NCBI GenBank assembly: GCA_963791505.1
Contig: CAWBSV010000084.1
Span: forward strand, 19,081 to 83,080
From: an uncultured Acidobacteriaceae bacterium
GTDB lineage: Bacteria > Acidobacteriota > Terriglobia > Terriglobales > Acidobacteriaceae
Direction of reading: 5' to 3'
Length of the DNA stretch: 64,000 bases
Numbering within the stretch: position 1 is the stretch's first letter; each line of letters starts with the position of its first letter. Below the pieces are notes generated by a model. It was not told the DNA's origin, did not search any database, and was given only the letters and a program-made list of their open reading frames with translations. A program made the translations under genes and the position numbers. Positions 8,966 through 18,719 of the stretch are shown here, one piece after another.

Positions 8966-9301
8966 CTTGTGTGCGCTGCTATGATCGGTTTGCAAGCCCA
9001 CAACAGGAGCGGCTCTCAGCTTGACGGTTGTAACCATGCGAAATCGAATATGCCGACTGAAAAACACGGCCGCTCGCCGGACGGTAGAGCAGAACTCCTT
9101 CTCTTCGTCTTAGCATCTCACAGATATCGTGACCTTAATTTCTGTTGGCATTACTAAACAGCGTATTCTAAAAGGTTAACAGCGCGAAGGCCACACTCTT
9201 GCGCCCGTCTCGCATTTCAGGCATCTGCTTCCGGTCTGCGGAATATTCGCGCTTTTACTTCTGATCACAAACCTGCTGCTGCGCTGGCTGGTGCCGGAAA
9301 C

Positions 9302-10225
9302 ATGAGCTCACACGTCGCGATCGCCATTGTCGGTTACAACAATACGGCAGACATAGACAGCTGCATCGGCGCGATCGCCCAAAGCACATATCCGGACTTT
9401 GAAGTCGTCATCTGCGAGAACGGCAGCGAGCAGACCTATCAGGCCTTGCGGGATAGTTTCTCGGCGCCGCTTGCCGGCGGCCAGCCTGTAAAAGTCATCA
9501 AATCGCCCGCCAACAATGGCTATGCGAGCGGAATCAACCAGTGTATCGCTGCATCGCCATCCGCCGATGCCTGGTGGATCCTCAATCCCGACACGGAGCC
9601 GACACCTGCCGCGCTTGCAGCCCTCGTCAGGCGCCTGGAGCAAGGCGATGTTCAGGCTGTCGGCAACACAGTGTATTTCCCCGACGGCCGCGTCCAATCT
9701 CATGGCGGCGCATGGAGAAGCTGGCTTGCCAGAGCCGTTTCAATCGGCTCGGGGAGCGCCCTTGAGACACCTCCAGACGCCGCGGTGATTGAACAAGCGC
9801 AGACCTATCTTAGCGGCGCTTCCATGCTGGTAAGCCGCGAGTTCGTGCAGCGCACGGGTTCCATGTCGGAAGAATTTTTTCTTTACTGCGAAGAAATCGA
9901 TTGGTGCCTGACGGCCGCGCGAAGGGGCTTAAAGCTCGGCTTTGCCCCAGGTGCAACCGTTCTGCACAAACAAGGAACAAGCACGGGCAGATCCATGTCG
10001 CCCGGAGCTCGTTCCAGGCTCTCGGTTTATCTTGATGAGCGTAACAAGATCCTGATCACCAGGGATCATTTTCCGTTCCGATTGCCGATAGCCGGCGCCG
10101 CTGCACTGCTGTTGCTGGCGCTGCGGTATCTCCGCAAGGGCGCCTTACGGCAATTTGCCTATGCCCTGTCCGGCTGGTTCTCCGGCCTGCTCGGACGCCG
10201 CGGCATTCCAAGGCTGGAACGTTAG
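9302..10225 (+). CDS. Family-2 glycosyltransferase
   Basis: 'AIAIVGYNNTADIDSCIGAIAQSTYPDFEVVICENGS', 'NNGYASGINQC' and 'FLYCEEIDWCL' give a typical GT2 (WbbL-like) layout. Confidence 0.8.
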   Translation: MSSHVAIAIVGYNNTADIDSCIGAIAQSTYPDFEVVICENGSEQTYQALRDSFSAPLAGGQPVKVIKSPANNGYASGINQCIAASPSADAWWILNPDTEPTPAALAALVRRLEQGDVQAVGNTVYFPDGRVQSHGGAWRSWLARAVSIGSGSALETPPDAAVIEQAQTYLSGASMLVSREFVQRTGSMSEEFFLYCEEIDWCLTAARRGLKLGFAPGATVLHKQGTSTGRSMSPGARSRLSVYLDERNKILITRDHFPFRLPIAGAAALLLLALRYLRKGALRQFAYALSGWFSGLLGRRGIPRLER

Positions 10226-10234
10226 CAGGCTGAC

Positions 10235-11656
10235 TTAAATCAGCTTCTTGCTCTGCGCCAGCGTAACAGTCGCAGCGGCAGCTGGCCTCTGTTCCGTACG
10301 CAATTTCTGAGCCGCAGACTGCAACCATAGATAGGAAGCTATCCCGTCCTCGAAAAAGCGAAAGCGGCGAGCCCCTTCGGAGTTGCTTTCCACCAGGAGA
10401 CCGACACGAACCATATCCGCAACGACGGCATCAGCTCGCTCAGCGCCTCCGACGCCCGCAGCACCAGCCCAAAGATCTTCCAGACGGAAAGTACCGCTCG
10501 ACAGCAGCGAAACACCGGCCACGATTCCAAGAATATCGACCGGGTTGTCGCCAACATAGTGCTTCAACTGATCGCGTACTTTGCCTGACATTCGTCCATA
10601 AAACTCGCCGGCGGCCGCCGTTATGGCGGCACTGACATCGGAGACCCCGACGCGGACCCGTTGCCCATCGATCGCACTCATGCCGGCGTGGTGACCAAGA
10701 AGCGTTGCGAGGTAGGGCGAGCCATGGGCGGTAGAAACGATGGCGCTCTCCGATGCTTCATCGAAGCTCAACCCGCACATCTGCCCGCCGTTTCTGATGA
10801 GCGCCCGAATTTCCGCCGGCGGCATCCACGGCATCTGGAGAGCAAATATATTGCGCTGGATCGATGGAATATGCTCGAGAAGCTCGGTCAGGTTGCTGGC
10901 GACGCCCGCGAGGACCAGTTGCACGCGCACCAGGCGATCGGAAAGATTCTTGATGAGCTCGGCAATGCTCTGGCGGAATTCCTTGGAATGCGACCTGTCG
11001 AATTCATCAAGCACGACGACGACGCGTGTGCCAACCACTTTGGCGAGCATATCGCTTGCCATGCGTGGCGAAATTGGCGTGGAGGGCAACAGTTCGGCCA
11101 AGGTCTTGCCCTTTTCGACTTCCGGGGAGGTCGGACCGACGGTGCTGTGAAACAGCATCGGAATGTGGGCCGCCACCGTGCGGAAGACTTCGTCGAAACT
11201 CGAATCGGCCCCGCAGGATACATAGACGACGAGATAGCGGGCTTCGCGCGCCGCCTGGGTAAGAACGTGCATGACCGACGTCTTGCCCAGCCCTCTTTCC
11301 CCGTAAACGACAACATGCAGACGCTGTTCTTCGATGGCCCGAATGACGGAGCTCAAAACGTCGGACCGCCCCGCAAACCGTTTGCGGTCGCTGACCGGCT
11401 GGGAGGGCGTAAAATATTCGAGCAGCTTCATGCGCGCCCGTGCGAAACCGGAGTCACCTTGCAAGCCAAGTTGATCGCTGGCCGTTGCGCGAAAGCGCGG
11501 GAACGGGACACCAACGCCAGCCGCAGAGTTTCTCTGAGCGGTCGCCTGATTGTCGGAAGGCTCGCCCGCCTTGTCGCTGGCGGACTCCCGGCTTCCGAGG
11601 CCCATCCAGCCGGCCAACTTGCTGCTCAAAGTCACAAAATCACCACTTGCCGCCAC
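10235..11656 (-). CDS. P-loop NTPase (AAA/ORC-Cdc6-like ATPase) with a disordered N-terminal ~100 aa
   Basis: Walker A 'VVVYGERGLGKTSVMH' and Walker B 'VVVVLDEFD'. The antisense ORF 10661..11701 was rejected as Arg/Gly-rich shadow. Confidence 0.75.
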   Translation of the reverse strand: MAASGDFVTLSSKLAGWMGLGSRESASDKAGEPSDNQATAQRNSAAGVGVPFPRFRATASDQLGLQGDSGFARARMKLLEYFTPSQPVSDRKRFAGRSDVLSSVIRAIEEQRLHVVVYGERGLGKTSVMHVLTQAAREARYLVVYVSCGADSSFDEVFRTVAAHIPMLFHSTVGPTSPEVEKGKTLAELLPSTPISPRMASDMLAKVVGTRVVVVLDEFDRSHSKEFRQSIAELIKNLSDRLVRVQLVLAGVASNLTELLEHIPSIQRNIFALQMPWMPPAEIRALIRNGGQMCGLSFDEASESAIVSTAHGSPYLATLLGHHAGMSAIDGQRVRVGVSDVSAAITAAAGEFYGRMSGKVRDQLKHYVGDNPVDILGIVAGVSLLSSGTFRLEDLWAGAAGVGGAERADAVVADMVRVGLLVESNSEGARRFRFFEDGIASYLWLQSAAQKLRTEQRPAAAATVTLAQSKKLI

Positions 11657-11808
11657 ACTAACCTATTGAAAATAACGCATAAAATGGCAGGCATCTTATG
11701 ATTAATACCGGATATGCAGATACTTTGCTACCGCTTGTCCTTGCAACTGAGTGTATCCAGATCTTCAAACAGAGCCGTTAACGCGCCGACCAAATCACAG
11801 CCGCCAAA

Positions 11809-12678
11809 TCAGGCAAGAGAAGGGCCAAGCACCAGAAGCCGGCCATAGTCCCACGCCCGCCACAATCGTAAACGATAAAGGATAACGAGCGCCGCGAGCT
11901 TCTGGCGCCCGGATAATTTGTGTGACATCAAGACGCGCGGGGTATGGACGAACGCCGAGATTGGCAGCAGCAAGCATTTAAAGGCCCATAGCAGCTTCCC
12001 GACGCGCCCTTTCTGTTTCAGCATATAGGTCTGGGAATTGATCCGGGACCATTTGCGTTTGAGTTCGGCCCATGAGCGGCGCGCCGGATGTCCTACGGCG
12101 GCCTTTCGCGCGAATCCAATACGGAAATTCTTCGCAGACGCGCGATGACACCAATCGACGTCTTCTGAAACTTCCGTGGCAAATCCGCCGACGCGATCGA
12201 ACACATCACGACGGCAAAACAGGTTAGCTGAAACCACGAAGCCTTTGCGTTCGAGGTACCGCTCGACTTGAAACGCGAAGATGATTTCGAATGCCTCTGC
12301 CGCGGTCAATCGGTCGGGGGCATCCACGAAGATGCCCACATTTCCTCCCACCACATCATGCTTGGCCAGAGCTGCCAGCCCCTCCGCGATCCATTGCGGT
12401 TCAGGTACACAGTCCGAATCCAGAAAGGCTAAAACCTCGCCGGTCGATGCGGCCACACCGCCATTGCGTGCCGGACCCGCGCCCTTTTCCGCAATGCTGA
12501 TCAGCCGGGCCCGGCCGGCAATAACCTTCGCCACCTCCTCGCGACCCTGCGGGGAATTGTTGTCAGCCACGACGATGTCGAAATCCGCTTGGGGGACCGT
12601 CTGTCTTGCCAGAGCCGCAAGGCAGATATCCAGCCGCCGCAGATCATCGTAATGTGGTACAATTACGCTGACGCGCAT
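11809..12678 (-). CDS. Family-2 glycosyltransferase
   Basis: The start is set at the internal ATG 12678 ('MRVSVIVPHYDDLRRLDICLAALARQT'). 'VVADNNS' and 'FLDSDC' are present. The 80-codon upstream extension of the ORF looks non-coding. Confidence 0.8.
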   Translation of the reverse strand: MRVSVIVPHYDDLRRLDICLAALARQTVPQADFDIVVADNNSPQGREEVAKVIAGRARLISIAEKGAGPARNGGVAASTGEVLAFLDSDCVPEPQWIAEGLAALAKHDVVGGNVGIFVDAPDRLTAAEAFEIIFAFQVERYLERKGFVVSANLFCRRDVFDRVGGFATEVSEDVDWCHRASAKNFRIGFARKAAVGHPARRSWAELKRKWSRINSQTYMLKQKGRVGKLLWAFKCLLLPISAFVHTPRVLMSHKLSGRQKLAALVILYRLRLWRAWDYGRLLVLGPSLA

Positions 12679-12753
12679 ATTTTTGCCGTCTCCTGGTCGC
12701 TGCTGACGCACGCAGCGGCAGTCCCAGCTGATTTGGAAAGAAATGAACGGAGC

Positions 12754-13002
12754 ATGAGTACCATATATGATTGGGTGACCGTCGTCATATTCGGTGCCCT
12801 CGCGATCCTGTTCTTGCACCGCTCTACAGGGCCCAGCCGTCCCTCCGACCGGACTATTTACTACTTGCCACCTGCGGCTGGCTGTGCCGCCGCCAACTAT
12901 CTGGGCAATAACGACCAAAAGTGGTCCGCCATCGCGTTAACAATTGCGGTGGTCGGCTATATCCTCTTCATCCTCAAACCCTTTGATCGGGTCGAGCTTT
13001 AG
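12754..13002 (+). CDS. Small two-TM membrane protein (hypothetical)
   Basis: The start is set at ATG 12754 ('MSTIYDWVTVVIFGALAILFL...SAIALTIAVVGYILFILKPF'). It is divergent from the GT2 gene and sits next to epsI. Confidence 0.4.
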   Translation: MSTIYDWVTVVIFGALAILFLHRSTGPSRPSDRTIYYLPPAAGCAAANYLGNNDQKWSAIALTIAVVGYILFILKPFDRVEL

Positions 13003-13009
13003 CAGGAGA

Positions 13010-13720
13010 TCAGGCAGATCCTCCCAGCGCCAAGAGTTGCGCCCGGGCCGTGCCCACAAACACGTCTCGGCGGTCGGTCGCGATCTGCGCGATCAGGGCC
13101 GGAATGAATTCCACAATCGCCGCAAAGGCGCTTCCTGCATCTGTCTCATCCATCGAAAACCGCGCGAGCAGCCCATCCGGAATATAACGGTGCATGGCGG
13201 TGGTCAGACGGTTCAGGCGTTGTTCGGTGACACTGACGGGGAAATATTCCCCCAACCGCGTCCAATAAAGCACGGTCTGGGTTTCCCGGTTTGACTGGGC
13301 GAGCAATCGCCTTGCCGGCAGGGTCACGCCATTTCCGATCTTCAACTCCACAGGCGCGCTGGATGTGAGTGAAAAGCCAAAGGCAGGGTAGCAGACCTCA
13401 GGCCTGTGCAGCTGCAGCTCATTGCTTTGGCTGTCTCCATGCGCCATCAGCATCAAGATCTGGCCGCCCGACTGGCGGTCGGTGTACAGACGCGCGACAG
13501 TTTCTCCGTAGAGCCGAGCCTGGAGACTGTCAGGAGTGTCCGGGGCATAGAGATCAGAGACGTCACGTGAATCCCACCGGCTGAATTGGCGCGGCAAAAT
13601 ATCGCTCAGTTTCGCGTCGGCCGGCAGCAAGGAAACTTTCCGCCGCGGCTTCAGCGCCAGGGCGGCGCCACTGCTGAGAACACATGCCGTGCCGATCAGG
13701 ACTTCGCGGCGGCTGGTCAT
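13010..13720 (-). CDS. epsI: EpsI-family exosortase-associated protein
   Basis: N-terminal signal/TAT-like anchor followed by the family-typical 'LQLHRPEVCYPAFGF'. It overlaps the exosortase stop by 4 nt (ATGA). Confidence 0.8.
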   Translation of the reverse strand: MTSRREVLIGTACVLSSGAALALKPRRKVSLLPADAKLSDILPRQFSRWDSRDVSDLYAPDTPDSLQARLYGETVARLYTDRQSGGQILMLMAHGDSQSNELQLHRPEVCYPAFGFSLTSSAPVELKIGNGVTLPARRLLAQSNRETQTVLYWTRLGEYFPVSVTEQRLNRLTTAMHRYIPDGLLARFSMDETDAGSAFAAIVEFIPALIAQIATDRRDVFVGTARAQLLALGGSA

Positions 13721-14589
13721 GCGCGACCCCGCCGGGCAGGTGAAAGAGACACCAGCGCGAAATCAAGGAGAAAAATAAGCCCAAGGGCAATCGCGAAGAG
13801 GACAATACCGGCAGCAAAGTGCATGAAGCCCTGCGCCACCGCATCGCCGGCCCAGAGCGTCAGCAAAATCAGAATAATGATCCGGATGACATTGGCGATA
13901 ATTGCAACCGGAATGCTTAGTGCTGCGAGAATTAGGGCGTAACGCCACGAGCTGCGCCGGGCCAGATAGATGTACAACAGACTGATGGCGATCAACCCTA
14001 TGATGGAGTTCAGCCCCGAACAGGCATCCTCCACGAGGAACTGATACTGCGCGGCGTATAGCACGACGCCTTGGCGGCTGACCGGCAAGCCACAGAGCTG
14101 CAGCAATGAGACGGCCAGCGACGAGACAAACTGTTTCAGCGGGAACGTCACCTCATCCAGCCATGACCGCGGCGGCGGCACAGCGAACAGGAGGTAGACG
14201 AAGATGAACCAGTTCCGCGCGATCTCCCGGGCGCCGAAAAGCGAGTAAAAGACCGCCATCACGACGATATAGAGACCAAGCGCCTCCAGGGTGATGAAAT
14301 CGAAGGCTTCTCCGGCGATGTACATGCACAGCGCCGGAATCAGGGCGAAGCACACGACCCAGGCGTTGCCCGGGCGCCCGAGGGTTTGCAGCTGGGACCG
14401 TTCCAGCCATAGCAGCCACGCTGCGATCGCGATAACCAGCGGACCATGGGCGCCGGCGTCGCTGGACCAGATTTCGCTGCCAAGGCTGAGTGCCGCAGGC
14501 ACACTCAGCGCACCCAGGCCAATCATCAGAGGCCAGGAAAAGCCGGTGTTTTTCGGTCGGACTTCAGCGGTTTGATCCAGTCCGACCAT
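13717..14589 (-). CDS. epsH: Exosortase (EpsH-type polytopic transpeptidase)
   Basis: Multi-TM 290-aa protein with the exosortase Cys motif 'VEDACSGLNSIIGL', the Arg motif 'IANVIRIIILILL' and a downstream 'MHFAAG' His. Confidence 0.85.
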   Translation of the reverse strand: MVGLDQTAEVRPKNTGFSWPLMIGLGALSVPAALSLGSEIWSSDAGAHGPLVIAIAAWLLWLERSQLQTLGRPGNAWVVCFALIPALCMYIAGEAFDFITLEALGLYIVVMAVFYSLFGAREIARNWFIFVYLLFAVPPPRSWLDEVTFPLKQFVSSLAVSLLQLCGLPVSRQGVVLYAAQYQFLVEDACSGLNSIIGLIAISLLYIYLARRSSWRYALILAALSIPVAIIANVIRIIILILLTLWAGDAVAQGFMHFAAGIVLFAIALGLIFLLDFALVSLSPARRGRA

Positions 14590-14593
14590 GGCG

Positions 14594-15268
14594 TTATGCG
14601 TCGTTGAGGACCGTGCCGATCACCGTGGCGTGATCCCCGTGCAACTGCTCAACCAGAGTCTTGATGTCATCAAGATGGGTCCGGTTGCGCCGGGCGACGA
14701 TCAGGCTATACCCGACGACCGTACTGATGCGCCGTGCATCCGAATAAATATTGGCGGGCGGCGTGTCCACGATCGTGGATTCAAACTCCCGAAGGCAGAA
14801 ATCCATCAGGCGTTCAAACCGCAGATTGGCCAAAAGCTCCTGGGCGTTGCGCACGCCGCCGGCCGAGAACATGACCGACAGATTCGGCAGCACGTTTCTA
14901 TCGATACAGTCACTGAAATTGACCGGCGTGGACAGGGCGGCCTGCAGATCGGCTTTGACCGGCCGGCGGCCCAGCGCGCGCGCCACCCCAGGCTTTCGCA
15001 GGTCTGCGTCGATCAAAAGCGTATTGATCCCGATCTGCGAGAGCGCGACCGCCAAATTCGTGGCGACAAATGTACAGCCGCTGCCCCGGGTGGTCGAACA
15101 TATCGCGAGCGCGCGATGACCCGCGCTGACATGCCGCGCCATGATGTGGGTGCGCAACGCGCGGATGGATTCCGACGACTGCGTGATTTCCCCGCTCACC
15201 GCCATGACGGAATTCACCCTCGCCGGTGGAGAGGCGCTGTCGTTCTCAATGACCTGAAAGTCCCGCAC
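14594..15268 (-). CDS. BY-kinase/MinD-like ATPase homologue (EpsG-like) with a degenerate Walker A
   Basis: 'LAICSTTRGSGCTFVATNLAVALSQIGINTLLIDADLRKP' has Walker A' DxD present but Walker A 'GSGCT' in place of GxGK[ST]. Walker B is 'STIVDTPPA'. There is no C-terminal Tyr cluster. Confidence 0.75.
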   Translation of the reverse strand: MRDFQVIENDSASPPARVNSVMAVSGEITQSSESIRALRTHIMARHVSAGHRALAICSTTRGSGCTFVATNLAVALSQIGINTLLIDADLRKPGVARALGRRPVKADLQAALSTPVNFSDCIDRNVLPNLSVMFSAGGVRNAQELLANLRFERLMDFCLREFESTIVDTPPANIYSDARRISTVVGYSLIVARRNRTHLDDIKTLVEQLHGDHATVIGTVLNDA

Positions 15269-15274
15269 GTGACC

Positions 15275-16513
15275 TCAGCCGGCAGGTCTTAGAACGGCCA
15301 GCACCGGCAGGCCCAGGGCGGCACTGAGGTCTTCAGGACTGCGAACTCTGCGGTCCAGCAGCTCGACCAGCAACGCGATCAAAAGGCCGAATACCAGGCC
15401 GAGACCCAGCGAGCCGCCGATGATCAGAGGCTTGTTGGGAAACGACGGCTGATCGGGCACAAAGGCCGTCCCCAACGCACTGACGCCCGGATCCACGACA
15501 GCGGCCTGCTGCCGGAAGTCAGCTTCACGCGCCAGGGTCTTGTCGTACTGATCCTTGCGAATATCGACTTCGCTCTGCAGCACCGCCAGCCGGGCCAGCT
15601 TGTCGCGGTTTCCAATAACAGCTTCCTTTGCCGCTGCCACGCGCGCCGACATTCCCGCGCCCGCCGCTTGCGGAGAGCCGGCTTGAGCGGCCAGCGCCAT
15701 CAACGATGCTCTTTTTTCTCTCAGCGCAACCAGCTGGGGATGATTGGGACCCAAGGATTCCGCCGCTTGCTTAATGGAACTGTCGACATCTGCGATCTGG
15801 GCATCAATTCCCGAAACCCCACCCCCGAGCGCTACGGCGTCGCTTTGGCTGGCAAGAGCCGCAAAACGTGCGCTGTCAATATCGGTCTTGTCGTCCCGCA
15901 TGACTATGCCGTTCTCGCGCTCATACGAGGCGACGGCGGCTTGCGCCGCCAGCAAAGTCTGTTTGGTCTTGACCGACTGTAATGCAAACCAATCGGCATT
16001 CTTGTTTGCCTCCGACCGGCGGGAGGCAAGGGTCGTATCCAGATAGGATTGTGTGACCGCGGCAACAATCGCTTTGGCGGCCTCGGGACTTTGACCGGTG
16101 TAGGTAATGTCGAGAATATTGCTGCCATCCAAGAGATCGGCGCGCGTACCGTCCATGATCCGTTGCGCAAGCCAGCGGCGAAAGTCGCGGGAATCGGTTG
16201 GAGGCCGCCGCTGATATTGCGCAATAAGATCGGGATCGGACAGCCAGCCCAGCCTATCCACGGCGAGCCCTGCAACCCCATAATCGGACAGAAGTGCAAT
16301 CTGGGTCGCCACATAGGCCCGGCCCACCTGTCCCACGAACTCACCTGTGACGGGATCGGCCTTAAGCAGATTCAGATAGACATGCGATTCCGCTCTCCAA
16401 CGAGGCGGCACGATCGAGATCGCCACAAGCCCGCCAGCCAGACAGAATAGGGCCGTCACGACGACAAGCAGCTTTCGCGCCCACAGGATTTGCCAGAACT
16501 GCGATAAAGACAT
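15275..16513 (-). CDS. Polysaccharide chain-length determinant (Wzz/GumC/EpsF-like co-polymerase)
   Basis: N- and C-terminal TM helices ('LLVVVTALFCLAGGLVAISIV', 'LIIGGSLGLGLVFGLLIALLVELLDRRV') flank a coiled-coil-rich periplasmic region. Confidence 0.8.
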   Translation of the reverse strand: MSLSQFWQILWARKLLVVVTALFCLAGGLVAISIVPPRWRAESHVYLNLLKADPVTGEFVGQVGRAYVATQIALLSDYGVAGLAVDRLGWLSDPDLIAQYQRRPPTDSRDFRRWLAQRIMDGTRADLLDGSNILDITYTGQSPEAAKAIVAAVTQSYLDTTLASRRSEANKNADWFALQSVKTKQTLLAAQAAVASYERENGIVMRDDKTDIDSARFAALASQSDAVALGGGVSGIDAQIADVDSSIKQAAESLGPNHPQLVALREKRASLMALAAQAGSPQAAGAGMSARVAAAKEAVIGNRDKLARLAVLQSEVDIRKDQYDKTLAREADFRQQAAVVDPGVSALGTAFVPDQPSFPNKPLIIGGSLGLGLVFGLLIALLVELLDRRVRSPEDLSAALGLPVLAVLRPAG

Positions 16514-16540
16514 TTGTAATCTCCCGACGCGAGTACGTCG

Positions 16541-17410
16541 CTAGAACCAACCTTCTCCCACATCAATAACGTCATCGGGGAGAATTTCTATATTTAGATC
16601 CTTGGGGGACATTTCGACATTTTTGCGGACCACTTTGATATGGCTATCGCTGCCCAGGTCGGTAATCCCGCCTCCACGCGCAAGGGCCATGGTCAGAGTC
16701 ATATGGGGTAACAAGATGTAGGTGCCAGGCGCCTTCACCTGACCCTTGATATAAAAAACATCGCCATTGGGCGCGAAAATCTTGTCTCCAGGTTGGACAT
16801 AGGGATCGAGGCTCTCATCGCCAGTCGCCAAATCCTTAACCGTGTAGTTCCGTTCCCCGCTTTTGGTGCGCAGGACCACATGGTCGGCCCCGCTGTCCCG
16901 CACACCGCCGACACGCGCGATGATCTCCGAAAGGCGATAGGGCCGATCAACCGGTATCAATCCGGGAGTGCCCACCGCTCCCAAAACCGTGACGTATCGA
17001 CTGGCATAGGATGCGACCTGAACATCGACGATGGGACGGTTGAAAAACCCGCCTTTTTGGAGCGCGTCTCTCACCTGGTCGCGAAATTGAAGTACCGTCC
17101 GATCGGCAGCGGCAATAGCACCAAGCAAAGGCAACTGGACCTTCCCATCGGCGCCGATCTTGGTTCTGGTCGTGAAGTCCGTGCGCCCCAGAACATCCAC
17201 CTGCACCACGTCTTCGGGACCGAGGATATAGGCCTGATCCGGCATGCCTGCCGGCTGGGCTGGTGCGAGCGCCGGTTGGGCCGCAATGGCCGGCGGCGCC
17301 ACCGGCGCCGGTTGCGCATTGGCCTCATGGCATCCCAGAGCCGCCAACAGCATGGCGGCCGCTATGACCAGAACCTTGCCAGAGTTCATGACACGTCCTC
17401 TTGGATTCAA
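16541..17410 (-). CDS. Polysaccharide export protein (Wza/EpsE-like, Poly_export + SLBB)
   Basis: A possible lipobox 'LAALGC', then 'YILGPEDVVQVDVLGRTDFTTRTKIGADGKVQLPLLGAIAAADRT'. The start may be the internal Met at 17389. Confidence 0.8.
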   Translation of the reverse strand: MNPRGRVMNSGKVLVIAAAMLLAALGCHEANAQPAPVAPPAIAAQPALAPAQPAGMPDQAYILGPEDVVQVDVLGRTDFTTRTKIGADGKVQLPLLGAIAAADRTVLQFRDQVRDALQKGGFFNRPIVDVQVASYASRYVTVLGAVGTPGLIPVDRPYRLSEIIARVGGVRDSGADHVVLRTKSGERNYTVKDLATGDESLDPYVQPGDKIFAPNGDVFYIKGQVKAPGTYILLPHMTLTMALARGGGITDLGSDSHIKVVRKNVEMSPKDLNIEILPDDVIDVGEGWF

Positions 17411-18657
17411 AAGCTCTTTGACAGGGAGAGGCCAAAACGGGCTCCCGAATAGGAGTAGCCTATCACATCGGCATGCCGTTGATCCTGCGCCGCCGTCAAG
17501 GAAGCCGTGAAAGTCGGAGACAGGGTATAGCTCAGGGAACCATTGAAGGAATGATAGGTTTGGTTAGTCAGATCAATGCCATTCAACAGAGCGGCGCCCG
17601 AGTAGTTGCTGTGGGTCAAGGCCGCGCCAATGCTGGCGGAAAGACGGGCGGATAGCCGGTAACTAGCGTTGGCCGAATAGGCTTCCGCCACGGAATAGGC
17701 CGCGTTCAGGTAATTCGTGGGCAGCGTTTGCCGGCTTGCGACGACAGAAAGGTTAAGTCGTGGGCTGGCGTGGTAGGTCAGCGAGGCGTCGTAGGTGATG
17801 CCGCTGAAATTATTGCCGATGCCCCGATATGAGATCCAAGACTGCGCCAGTGAGGCTGCAAATTCCAGGCTTCCACCAATCGGGCGCTGATAGTGAAGAC
17901 CGACGGAATAGTTATCGTAACCATCTGACTGAAGACCGCTGCTCCCGATGATGGCGCGATGCGGATAGAGTGTCTCCGTATATTGTCCGGTGAGCGAGAA
18001 GTCCCCGATCGTTCCTGCTTTATAAGCCAGGCTTCCGTTGCCGGCGGTGCTGCGAAAATCGGACGGTTTGTAGGGTTGCGCCGTATCGGTCGACCAGCTT
18101 TGGGTGAATGACGCGGATGGCACCAGACGTCCTGATTGATTGCAGGTCACGTCAAGTTCGCCCGTGACCAGCGTTTGCGTGTTTTTGGTCGTCACCACGC
18201 TCAGGTCGGCGAGGTCACTTTGAAATCGTGAGTAACCTCCGGAGGGCGTTGCGACACAGCCTTCAAGTTGGGCATCCGCACCGGCCTGCAGGTTCAACCG
18301 CTCCCGGTCCAAAATAGAATTTCTTTGGTGGATATCGTATCCCGCCTGGCCCGTCAGAAAGAGAGAAAGGCCGCCCTCCGCATGGACCAAATTGAGATTC
18401 AGCTCAGGGGCATAAAGGACATCAGAACGCTTCAACCCGCGCGCGGCCGCCAATGCGGCAGACGTGTCGGCGATGTTGCTGTAATAGGTCCCAGAAAACA
18501 TCACGGTCACAGGCGGCGTTTCCGGAGTCGGAACCCCAGGTCTTGCCCACCCAGGCGCCAACGACCCCAATAGCGCGCACGACGATAGGATCACATTCCT
18601 AATCAACATTGCAAAATCCCTGCAGGCGCTATGGTTGATATTTTCATGGCCAGCCAC
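17407..18657 (-). CDS. Outer-membrane beta-barrel protein (EpsL-like)
   Basis: Signal peptide 'MLIRNVILSSCALLGSLAPGWA' (likely start 18609), alternating beta-strand pattern rich in Y/S/T/G, and a C-terminal 'FGLSLSKSF' ending in Phe. Confidence 0.7.
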   Translation of the reverse strand: MAGHENINHSACRDFAMLIRNVILSSCALLGSLAPGWARPGVPTPETPPVTVMFSGTYYSNIADTSAALAAARGLKRSDVLYAPELNLNLVHAEGGLSLFLTGQAGYDIHQRNSILDRERLNLQAGADAQLEGCVATPSGGYSRFQSDLADLSVVTTKNTQTLVTGELDVTCNQSGRLVPSASFTQSWSTDTAQPYKPSDFRSTAGNGSLAYKAGTIGDFSLTGQYTETLYPHRAIIGSSGLQSDGYDNYSVGLHYQRPIGGSLEFAASLAQSWISYRGIGNNFSGITYDASLTYHASPRLNLSVVASRQTLPTNYLNAAYSVAEAYSANASYRLSARLSASIGAALTHSNYSGAALLNGIDLTNQTYHSFNGSLSYTLSPTFTASLTAAQDQRHADVIGYSYSGARFGLSLSKSF

Positions 18658-18719
18658 GAATCAACAATAATACCCGACAGTCTCGGGCGATGCGACCGCA
18701 GGTGCGAAGAACGTGATCG

